The notes below the pieces were generated by a model that searched no databases, was not told the origin of the DNA, and saw only the letters and a list, made by a program, of their open reading frames with translations. Made by a program: the position numbers and the translations under genes. A stretch of DNA of 63,912 nucleotides, counting the filler, from Sandaracinaceae bacterium (GTDB taxonomy: Bacteria; Myxococcota_A; Polyangia; Polyangiales; JADJQN01), in assembly GCA_947483975.1 (NCBI GenBank). It is 3 parts of 3 records of this genome, joined end to end, with 100 filler letters (N's around TTAATTAATTAA, not from the genome) between each part and the next. Parts side by side here need not be neighbours in the genome. Positions count along the whole stretch, not along the records: positions 1 to 24,823 come from CANKOL010000031.1; 2 more parts are not named here. One strand, written 5' to 3'. Shown in pieces: positions 1 through 8,137 of this stretch; position 1 is the stretch's first letter; every line of letters begins with the position of its first letter.

Positions 1-1797
1 CGCGCGGCACGACGTGCCCGCGCTCGCAAAGGCATCCAGGCAGAGGAAGCTCGACCCGTTGCAGGTGTCCGCGACGTCGCAGACGCCGACCGCCGCCCGG
101 CACACCGTCCCGGCGGCCGTGGCGGCGCCCGGCGTGCAGGTCGGTACGCCCCCGACGCTGCAGCTGATGGTGCCCGTGCGGCAGGGCGCGCCCGGCACAT
201 CGCACGCGACGCCGGGCGTGCACCCCACGGTGCACATCGTCGTCGCGCCGTTGCAGTAGCCGCCGCTGCAGGCGAGGCCCGCCGACGCGAACTCGTCCAC
301 CGGGCACGCGGTGCTCGCGCCCGTGCACGTCTCCGCGACATCGCAGCCGCCCGCGACGGCGGGGCGACAAGCCGTACCCGCTGCCGCGAGATCGTCCACC
401 GGACACGCCGCGCTGCTGCCCGAGCAGCGCTCCGCGGAGTCACAGAGGTCCGCGCTCGCGCGACACATGACGGACGCCGCCGCGAAGCTGTCCGCGGGGC
501 AGTCCGAGCCCGCTCCGGTGCACGCCTCCGCGACGTCGCACGGGCCGGCGCTCACGCGGCAGGAGGTCCCGGCGCTGGTGAACGTGTCCGCCGGGCAGGC
601 GGACGAAGTGCCTGTGCACGCCTCTGCGAGGTCACAGGCACCGTTGGCCGCACGGCACGTGGTCGCTGCCGCCGCAAAGCCGTCCACCGGGCACGCCGCC
701 GCGGTCCCCGAGCACACCTCCGCGAGGTCACAGTCCCCGGAGGTCGCGCGGCAGACGGTTCCAGCTGCGACGAACGCGTCGACGGGACACGCCGCGCTCG
801 CGCCGGTGCAGGTCTCCGCGACGTCGCAGGCTTGATTCGCGAGACGGCACACGCTCGTGTCCGCCGCGAAGAGGTCGACCGGGCAGATCATCGAGACTCC
901 GTCGCAGACCTCCGCGGTGTCGCAGACGTCAGCGCGCGCGCGGCACTCCGTGCCCGCGCTCATCGGAAAGCCAGCGCCGCGGCAGACGGAGACCCCCGCC
1001 TCGCAGACGAAGAAGGCGCGCTCGCAGGGTGACGTCGGAAGCGCACACGGGACGAGCGGGCCTCCCGCGCTGCACCCGCCGCCGTCAGCCGGACCGAGGT
1101 CCGCGGGGCCGAGATCGTCGGTGCCGAGGTCGGTGTCCATCGTGGCGTCCTCACCGAGATCCGCGCCGCCATCGACGGCGTTCAGGTCGGGGCCGAGGTC
1201 GCGCGAGGTCATGTCGGTCGAGGCGTCTGCGGGGCTGACGCCAGCGTCCGCGTCGAGCGGCACGAGCACGCCGCGGGGCGCATCTCGGCACATCCCGTCG
1301 ACGGGATCACACGCCTCATCCGTCGCATCGCAGAGGACGTCCGCGCAGATGTCCCGCAGCCACAGATCGAGTCGCATCGTGCGCCCCGCCGCGTAGCCAG
1401 CGCGGAGGTGCGCGCGCACGACGAGCGCGGTGTCGCCGTCCGGGTCGGCGATGCCATCGGACGCGGAACGCGCAGTCGCCGTCACGACGTACTCGCGCGT
1501 GCTCTCGTTGTTCGTCGGCGCGAGCGCGAGCCGATACGGGAAGGCGAAGTCGCCGGCGTCGGGCGCGACGATCTCCTTCGCGACGGCGACGCGCGAGGGA
1601 GTCGTCGCGCTGAGGCGGTCGTAGCTGTCCACTCGCACGTCGAGCGCGAGCGTGCGCGCGGCGACGCCGGGCTCCGCCCAGACGTAGACGACGACCTCCG
1701 TCGCGGGTACGTCGGCGGCACAACTGACGAGCAGCGCGAGCAAGCCCGCGAGCCCGAGGCGAAGACACACGGACAGGTTCTTCTGAGGAAAGGTCAT
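1..1797 (-). CDS. Cys-rich secreted lipoprotein with tandem disintegrin-like repeats (3' end runs off the window)
   Basis: Absent from the ORF track because it has no stop inside the window. ATG at 1797 overlaps the upstream TGA (TGATG). Reads MTFPQKNLSVCLRLGLAGLLALLVSC (lipobox-like), then a DLGPA linker, then 32-aa repeats CRxxxxxCDxAExCxGxxxxCPxD. Confidence 0.85.
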   Translation of the reverse strand, partial: MTFPQKNLSVCLRLGLAGLLALLVSCAADVPATEVVVYVWAEPGVAARTLALDVRVDSYDRLSATTPSRVAVAKEIVAPDAGDFAFPYRLALAPTNNESTREYVVTATARSASDGIADPDGDTALVVRAHLRAGYAAGRTMRLDLWLRDICADVLCDATDEACDPVDGMCRDAPRGVLVPLDADAGVSPADASTDMTSRDLGPDLNAVDGGADLGEDATMDTDLGTDDLGPADLGPADGGGCSAGGPLVPCALPTSPCERAFFVCEAGVSVCRGAGFPMSAGTECRARADVCDTAEVCDGVSMICPVDLFAADTSVCRLANQACDVAETCTGASAACPVDAFVAAGTVCRATSGDCDLAEVCSGTAAACPVDGFAAAATTCRAANGACDLAEACTGTSSACPADTFTSAGTSCRVSAGPCDVAEACTGAGSDCPADSFAAASVMCRASADLCDSAERCSGSSAACPVDDLAAAGTACRPAVAGGCDVAETCTGASTACPVDEFASAGLACSGGYCNGATTMCTVGCTPGVACDVPGAPCRTGTISCSVGGVPTCTPGAATAAGTVCRAAVGVCDVADTCNGSSFLCLDAFASAGTSCRA

Positions 1798-2570
1798 CAC
1801 TGCGCCCCCAAGGTCATGTGCACGCCGCCGTCAGTGCCGTTCACGAACGGCCCGAGCCCGCGCCCGCTGCTCGCCGCAACGACGATCCCAGTCGTCGTCC
1901 CCACGACGACGGCGCCGACGACCGTCCAGAACCACCACTCTTTGAAGATGCTGCGGCCGGAGTCGCGCGGCGTGTCGCCGCCAGCCCCACCGACCCGGAG
2001 CGACGCGTCGAGCGCCGCCTCGTGCGCGGTCTCGCTCCCGAGGGGCGGGGTCACCGTCGCGGTCGTGTCGCCGGAGCCCGGCGTCGCTGCCACCGTCGTC
2101 GCCGTCCCGGTCAGCTGCGCGGCGGCGACGACCTGCTCGAGCACGTGAATGCGCGACTCGACCTCAGCGCGATTCTCTGCGGCGGGCACCGCCTCGAGGT
2201 ACCGACGAAACGCGTCGAGGGCGACCGCATCGCGCCGCAGCTTGTCGGCGGCAGAGCCGACGTTGTAGAGCAAGATCCCGCGCCCCGACATCGCGTGCGC
2301 GCGCTGAAAGTAGTCGAGCGAGTCCTCGAAGCGACCGGCGGCGTACGCGACGCGGCCAGCCTCGAAGAGCATGCGCGCCTCTTGGTCCTGCGAGCTCGTC
2401 GGCCCCTGCGCCTGCGGCGGGGAACCGGGCGGCAAATCGGGCGGCGATTCCACGGCAACGGGAGGCGTCCCGGTTGTGGGTTGAGGCCGGCGGTGCCGCT
2501 GCGCCGCAGCCGAAGAACCGACCAAGAGGGAGCCCCCGAGCACGACCGCTAGCACGGAAATAAGTCGCAT
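1797..2570 (-). CDS. Tetratricopeptide-repeat protein with signal peptide and C-terminal membrane segment
   Basis: MRLISVLAVV signal; TPR-like EARMLFEAGRVAYAAGRFEDSLDYFQRA...LLYNVG; C-terminal KEWWFWTVVGAVVVG. Start trimmed from ORF 1797..2606. Confidence 0.85.
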   Translation of the reverse strand: MRLISVLAVVLGGSLLVGSSAAAQRHRRPQPTTGTPPVAVESPPDLPPGSPPQAQGPTSSQDQEARMLFEAGRVAYAAGRFEDSLDYFQRAHAMSGRGILLYNVGSAADKLRRDAVALDAFRRYLEAVPAAENRAEVESRIHVLEQVVAAAQLTGTATTVAATPGSGDTTATVTPPLGSETAHEAALDASLRVGGAGGDTPRDSGRSIFKEWWFWTVVGAVVVGTTTGIVVAASSGRGLGPFVNGTDGGVHMTLGAQ

Positions 2571-2651
2571 GGGCAGAACAATAACAGAAGTTCCAGCGGC
2601 GCTCACGTCTCCGCAGATCGCGGCGCGCGGCGCGGGAGCCGGGCCAGCGCG

Positions 2652-4970
2652 TCAGCGCCCGGCGCGCAGCGCGAGCGTCATGGAGAGCGTCGCGCCCGGG
2701 GCGCCCTCGACGCGGAGAAAGTCCTGCGCGTTCGGGGTACGCAGCGGGGCGCCGGGCGTCAGCGCGCCGTCCCAGCTCACGATCGCGAGGTCATCGAACG
2801 CCGCGACGCCCTCACCGGACGCCGGCGCGCGATGCTCCAGAAAAAAGCGCATCGCGCGCGGGTTCGCCGTCGGGTCGTCGAGGCTCGTGATGTCGGGCGG
2901 CACGTGCAGCTCGCCCGCGAACATCGTCCAGTCGTAGGTCCCGCCCGGAAGCTGCGCGACCTGCTCATCGCCGAACTCCGCCGGGCCCTCGCTCGCGTAG
3001 TAGCCCATGCGCACGGTCAGCGGCCCAGCGCCTTCGCCGCGCGCGTAGCCGACGAACGTCAGCTCGCGGTTCGGCGTGTTCGTCGCGTCTCCCCAGACCC
3101 GCACGCGGTTGCGAAAGGCGACGACCGCGGGCGCGACGTTCGTCGAGCTCCGCACCAAGCACAGCCCCTGCATCCCGCGCCGCGCCATCGACAAGCACAC
3201 GTCGTTGTAGGCGGACGTCACGTCGTAGCGCGCGGCCTCGCCGAAGTCCTCGTCGACATCCTCGTCCTCGAAGGTCCCGTAGAGCAGCAGGTCGCGACCA
3301 CCGCGCACGCGCGAGGCCCCGTCCGCCGCGAGCACGCTGAGCAGGCTCTCGCCCGGCGCGAGCGCCGACCGCAGATCGAGCACGCCGACGCCGTCGGCGC
3401 CGAGCTTCACCTCGAGCGTCACGCTGCGCTCCGCGGGGACGGACGTGCGCTCGCCTGCGCGAAACACGAGCAGGCGCCCCGGCTCGAGCGCGAACTCCAC
3501 AGTGTCGTCGGAGAGCTCCGCGAGGCGGCGCAGGACCGCGTCAGCCGGCGGTCCGACGGCGAGCCGCGGGCGGTAGTCCTCGAGGTAGACCGGATAGATG
3601 GCGACCTCATGCTCGCGCTCCGCGTCGAGGTCGACGACGGCGACGGCGCCGAGCATCGTCTCTTGACGGTCTTGGTCGAACGCCAGATTGCCGAGCGAGA
3701 AGAGCTGCATCACGCCCGCGTGCACGCCGAAGCCCTGCGGTACGTGCGGGTGATGCCCGACGACGAGCAGCGCGCCCGACTCCGCCGCGAGGTCGAGGCG
3801 CGTGCGCGTGTAGTCGCTCGGCGCGACCGAGTACTCGATCCCCGTGTGGACCTGCACGATCGGCAAGCGCCCCGCCGCACGCTCGCCGCCGATCGCCGCC
3901 GCGACGCGCGCGTCATCGTTGAGGTCCGCCGCGCCGCCCTGCGTCGACGACGCGTTGTAGTGAATCGGGTGCTCGGCTCCGCTCACCGAGCTTGCGCCGA
4001 GGAACGAGAACGCGAGCCCTCCGAGCGAAGCGCGCCATGGGGCGAACGCCTCCTCCGGCGTCGCGCCTGCGCCCGAGTACGCGATGCCGTGCGCGTCGAG
4101 CGCAGCGCGCGTGTCGACGATGCCACGAGCTTGGTAGTCGTAGATGTGGTTGTTGCCGATGGACACGAACGACACGCCGAGCCGCGCGAGCGCCTCGAGC
4201 GAGCCGGGGAGCGTGAAGTAGCAGTAGTCCTTGGTCGGATGGGGCGTCGCGGGCACCTCGGTCACCGGCGTCTCGAGGTTCAGCACCGGGAAGTCCACCA
4301 CGTCGAAGAGCGGCGCGATCCGCGAGACGACATCGATGCTGCCGGGCGCCGGATCACTGACGAGGACGAGCGCGTTCGGATCGTCCGGCGGAAACGTGTA
4401 GCGGTCCGTGCGCTCCTCCGGATCGAGGAAGCGCCGCGCGAAGCTCGTGTCGCCCCCGAAGAGCAGCCGCTGTTCGGCGCCCTCCTGCACGACGGTGAGC
4501 GCCCCCAAGTCCACGGCATCGACCGCCGCTGGCTGCGCGAGCCAAGCCCCGAAGCGCGTCGTGCGGAGGCCAGGGCCGCGCGCGGTCAGCCACGCGTTGT
4601 GCCGGTCCGTGAAGAGCCGAAAGCGCCCCTCTGCGTCCACTCCAGAACTCGGCGTGCCGGGCTCCGCGGTCCCGGGCTCTGCGGTCCCAACCTCCACCGT
4701 CGCGCCGGCGGCAGGCGCCCCATCGGGCAGCACGAGCCTGCCGGTCACCACCAGCTCCTGCCGAGCGAGCGCCGCCCGCGCGAGGGCGTCGGCGACGAAC
4801 AGGGCCGGCGTCGGTGGCGGCCCCTCGCTGACAGGGCCTCCCGAGCACCCGACGAGCAGCGCGACCCACACCGCCCCCGCGAGCCCCGCCGGATGGCGCG
4901 CATCGCCGCGTCCCACCCAGGCCCTGCGGGCGCGCCTCCCACCGACGAGCGCGCGGGCCGTCCAGTTCAT
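2652..4970 (-). CDS. CapA (PGA_cap) family metallophosphoesterase-fold lipoprotein with C-terminal carbohydrate-binding-like domain
   Basis: Motifs FGGD, NLETP, IGNNHIYDY, HTGIEY, GHHPHVPQ, SLGNLAFDQ. Start set at MNWTAR (4970); the ORF-track extension runs through the 85-bp repeat. Confidence 0.8.
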   Translation of the reverse strand: MNWTARALVGGRRARRAWVGRGDARHPAGLAGAVWVALLVGCSGGPVSEGPPPTPALFVADALARAALARQELVVTGRLVLPDGAPAAGATVEVGTAEPGTAEPGTPSSGVDAEGRFRLFTDRHNAWLTARGPGLRTTRFGAWLAQPAAVDAVDLGALTVVQEGAEQRLLFGGDTSFARRFLDPEERTDRYTFPPDDPNALVLVSDPAPGSIDVVSRIAPLFDVVDFPVLNLETPVTEVPATPHPTKDYCYFTLPGSLEALARLGVSFVSIGNNHIYDYQARGIVDTRAALDAHGIAYSGAGATPEEAFAPWRASLGGLAFSFLGASSVSGAEHPIHYNASSTQGGAADLNDDARVAAAIGGERAAGRLPIVQVHTGIEYSVAPSDYTRTRLDLAAESGALLVVGHHPHVPQGFGVHAGVMQLFSLGNLAFDQDRQETMLGAVAVVDLDAEREHEVAIYPVYLEDYRPRLAVGPPADAVLRRLAELSDDTVEFALEPGRLLVFRAGERTSVPAERSVTLEVKLGADGVGVLDLRSALAPGESLLSVLAADGASRVRGGRDLLLYGTFEDEDVDEDFGEAARYDVTSAYNDVCLSMARRGMQGLCLVRSSTNVAPAVVAFRNRVRVWGDATNTPNRELTFVGYARGEGAGPLTVRMGYYASEGPAEFGDEQVAQLPGGTYDWTMFAGELHVPPDITSLDDPTANPRAMRFFLEHRAPASGEGVAAFDDLAIVSWDGALTPGAPLRTPNAQDFLRVEGAPGATLSMTLALRAGR

Positions 4971-5181
4971 CGGCCGACCGTGCGGGACGCTCCCCGGCAA
5001 GTCAAAGCGCAGCCGCGCCCCCAACCGCGAGCGAGCGGATGTCGAGGTTGATGGCGACCAGCGCCGCGTCCGGCGCCGCCGCGATCTCTGCTCTCGGAAC
5101 TGCGAGCAGCCGCGAAGGCGGTGGGCGCGGCGGGACGCCGGCTGCGGGGTGCGCGAAAGGCGGTGGGCCGCGCGAATTTTC

Positions 5182-5471
5182 GGGCTGCGGGCAGCCGCGA
5201 AGGCGTCGCGGGCGACGCGATTTGGGCGCCGGGCAGGGGGAAAAGAGGCGGAGGGCGGCGCGATTTGGGCTGCGGGCAAGCGCGAAGGCGTCGCGGGCGA
5301 CGCGATTTGGGCGCCGGGCAGGGGGAAAAGAGGCGGAGGGCGGCGCGATTTGGGCTGCGGGCAGCCGCGAAGGCGTCGCGGGCGACGCGATTTGGGCGCC
5401 GGGCAGGGGGAAAAGAGGCGGAGGGCGGCGCGATTTGGGCTGCGGGCAAGCGCGAAGGCGTCGCGGGCGAC
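5182..5471. repeat. Intergenic tandem repeat, 85-bp unit, about 3.4 copies
   Basis: AAAAGAGG recurs at 5241, 5326 and 5411. Each unit holds two CGCGATTTGGGC-led half-units. Degenerate copies extend to about 5090. Confidence 0.95.
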
Positions 5472-5758
5472 GGCTTTGGGGGCAGCGGGGGGCGCGGGAG
5501 GCCAACGGGACGACGGATCTTCGAGCGGCGGGGAATGGGCGCTGTCGGCAGTATCGGTCGCCGTGGCCCTCGTCGACAACAGCGGCGAGAACATGGCTCA
5601 GGGCCGAACACCGGCCTGCGACGGCCCGGCGATGAGCGCTCGTCGGACAGGACCACGCCGTCACCTACCCCGAGCGCCTACGCGACGTCGGGCGCTTCAC
5701 CTCGCGCCGCTCCCCCGACCTTGCGCCCCCCGCCATCCGAGTGGAGACTGCCTCGCCC

Positions 5759-8134
5759 ATGACGGAATCCTTCCGCCCACCGCCGGCGCCCGAGACTCTC
5801 CCTGTCCTTCCGTTGAGGAACTCGGTCCTGTTCCCCGCGTCCGTCGTGCCGATCAACGTCGGCCGACCGCGCTCCGTGCGGCTGATCGAGGAGGCCTTCG
5901 GCAACGACCGGCCCACGATCGCCGTCGTCGCGCAGCGCGTCGCGGAGACCGAGGATCCGAAGTTCGAGGACATCTTCGACGTCGGCACGATCGCCCGCGT
6001 CTTGAAGGTGATTCGGCTCTCGTCCGGGAACTACAGCGTCGTGCTGCAGGGCGTCGCGCGGATGCGCATCGAGGAGCAACTCGGCCGGCACCCGTACCTG
6101 CAGGGGCGCGTGCTGCGCGTCGGGGAGCCGCCGCTCCGCGACGTCGAGATCGACGCGCTCGCCGTCAACCTGCGCGAGAGCGCGCGGCGCCTGCTGGCGC
6201 TCTTGCCGCACGCCTCGCGGGAAGCGACGGCAGTGCTCGACAACGTGCAGGAGCCGGGCGCCCTCGCGGACCTCGTCGCGTCGAACCTCCCGATCACGAC
6301 CGCGCAGAAGCAGGCGGTGCTCGAGACGTTCGACCTCCGCGCGCGCCTCCGGAAGGTGCTCGAGCTCGTCACGCGGCAGTCCGAGGTCTTCCGCGTGAAG
6401 AAGGAGATCTCGACGATGGTGCAGGAGGAGATGTCGCGCTCACAGCGCGAATTCCTCCTCCGGCAGCAGGCGAAGACGATCCGCAAGGAGCTCGGTGAGG
6501 GCGACGAGGAGGAGGACGAGATCGAGCAACTGCGCGATCGCGTCGCCCGCGCAGACATGCCGATCGAGGCCGAAAAAGCGGCGAAGAAGCAGCTCTCGCG
6601 GATGCGCTCGATGTCCCCGGCGGGCGCGGAATATCAGAGCGCGCGCACGTACGTGGAGTGGCTCTGCGACCTGCCTTGGTCGAAGACGACCCCGGACCGC
6701 CTCGAGGTCGCGGAGGTGAGGCGGGTGCTCGACGAAGACCACCACGGGCTCGAGAAGGTCAAGAAGCGGATCCTCGAGTACATCGCGGTTCGTCGGCTGC
6801 GCAGCGACAAGAAGGGGCCGATCCTGTGCCTCGTCGGGCCGCCCGGCGTCGGCAAGACCTCCCTCGGGCGCTCGATCGCGCGGGCGACGGGGCGGCAGTT
6901 CGTGCGCATCTCGCTCGGCGGCGTCTCCGACGAGGCCGAGATCCGCGGGCACCGCCGCACCTACGTCGGCAGCTTCCCCGGGCGCATCGTCGCCGGCCTG
7001 AAGAAGGCGGCGGCCCGCAACCCGGTCTTCGTCCTCGACGAGGTCGACAAGCTCGCGAGCGACTCGCGCGGCGACCCGGCGAGCGCGCTCCTCGAGGTGC
7101 TCGATCCCGAGCAGAACTTCGCGTTCGTGGACCACTACATCGAGGTCCCGGTCGACCTGACGCAGGTGATGTTCGTCGCGACGGCGAACCGCAAGGACAC
7201 CATCCCGACGGCGCTCCTCGACCGTATGGAGGTCATCGAGCTACCCGGCTACACGCGCGACGAGAAGATCGCGATCGCCCGGCAATTCCTGGTTCCGAAG
7301 CAGCTGAGCGAGCACGGGCTGACGCCGGATCGCCTCGACTTCTCGCTCGACGGAATCGACTTCATCGTCGATCACTACACGCGCGAAGCGGGCGTGCGCG
7401 GGCTCGAGCGGCAGGTCGCGTCCATCTGTCGGAACGTCGCGGTGCGCGTCGCCGCGGGCGAGGACCTGCAGATCGTCGCCGACCCTGCGTTCATCGAGGC
7501 GGCGCTCGGCGCCCCGCGGCACGAGCGCAACATCGCCGAGAAGCTCGGCGTGCCGGGCGTCGCGACGGGCCTGACCTGGACGGCGTCGGGCGGCGACCTG
7601 ATGTTCGTCGAGGCGAGCCGGATGCCGGGCAAGGGCCTGGTGCACCTGACCGGGCAGATGAGCGATGTGATGAAGGAGTCCGTCGCGGCGGCCTTCACCT
7701 ACATCCGCTCGCACGCCGCGCAGCTTGGGCTCGCGGACGACTTCCTCACGACCATCGACGTCCATGTGCACATGCCGCAGGGCGGGATTCACGAGGGGCC
7801 GAGCGCAGGCGTCGCGATCTTCGTGTCGATCGCCAGCATGCTGACGCGCTTGCGGGTGCGGCCCGACGTCGCGATGACGGGCGAGATCACGCTGCGCGGC
7901 ACGATCCTGCGCGTCGAGGGCATCAAGGAGAAGCTCCTCGCGGCCCACCGCGCGGGCGTGCGGCACATCATCCTGCCGAAGCGGAACGAGCGCGATCTCG
8001 AGGACGTGCCGGATTCCGTGCGCAAGGACCTGACGATTCACCTGATCTCCCGCATCGACGAGGTGCTCGCGCTCGCGCTCGAGGTGCCGACGATCCCGCC
8101 GCCGCCCATCGAGACCGCGCCCGCGGCTCCCTGA
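5759..8134 (+). CDS. lon: ATP-dependent Lon protease (endopeptidase La)
   Basis: [12 protein letters not shown]-domain, Walker [18 protein letters not shown], Walker B LDEVDK, catalytic GPSAG serine and IKEK lysine. Alternative GTG start at 5741. Confidence 0.97.
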   Translation: MTESFRPPPAPETLPVLPLRNSVLFPASVVPINVGRPRSVRLIEEAFGNDRPTIAVVAQRVAETEDPKFEDIFDVGTIARVLKVIRLSSGNYSVVLQGVARMRIEEQLGRHPYLQGRVLRVGEPPLRDVEIDALAVNLRESARRLLALLPHASREATAVLDNVQEPGALADLVASNLPITTAQKQAVLETFDLRARLRKVLELVTRQSEVFRVKKEISTMVQEEMSRSQREFLLRQQAKTIRKELGEGDEEEDEIEQLRDRVARADMPIEAEKAAKKQLSRMRSMSPAGAEYQSARTYVEWLCDLPWSKTTPDRLEVAEVRRVLDEDHHGLEKVKKRILEYIAVRRLRSDKKGPILCLVGPPGVGKTSLGRSIARATGRQFVRISLGGVSDEAEIRGHRRTYVGSFPGRIVAGLKKAAARNPVFVLDEVDKLASDSRGDPASALLEVLDPEQNFAFVDHYIEVPVDLTQVMFVATANRKDTIPTALLDRMEVIELPGYTRDEKIAIARQFLVPKQLSEHGLTPDRLDFSLDGIDFIVDHYTREAGVRGLERQVASICRNVAVRVAAGEDLQIVADPAFIEAALGAPRHERNIAEKLGVPGVATGLTWTASGGDLMFVEASRMPGKGLVHLTGQMSDVMKESVAAAFTYIRSHAAQLGLADDFLTTIDVHVHMPQGGIHEGPSAGVAIFVSIASMLTRLRVRPDVAMTGEITLRGTILRVEGIKEKLLAAHRAGVRHIILPKRNERDLEDVPDSVRKDLTIHLISRIDEVLALALEVPTIPPPPIETAPAAP

Positions 8135-8137
8135 ACG

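Noticed and set aside
5182..5471. CGCGATTTGGGC repeats as a CRISPR array
   Set aside because: The intervening segments are two alternating near-identical sequences, not unique spacers.
4971..5594. 208-aa N-terminal extension of the CapA ORF and other ORFs crossing 5000-5700
   Set aside because: They are translations of the stop-free 85-bp repeat; the unit is not a multiple of three and the products are Arg/Pro/Ala low-complexity.
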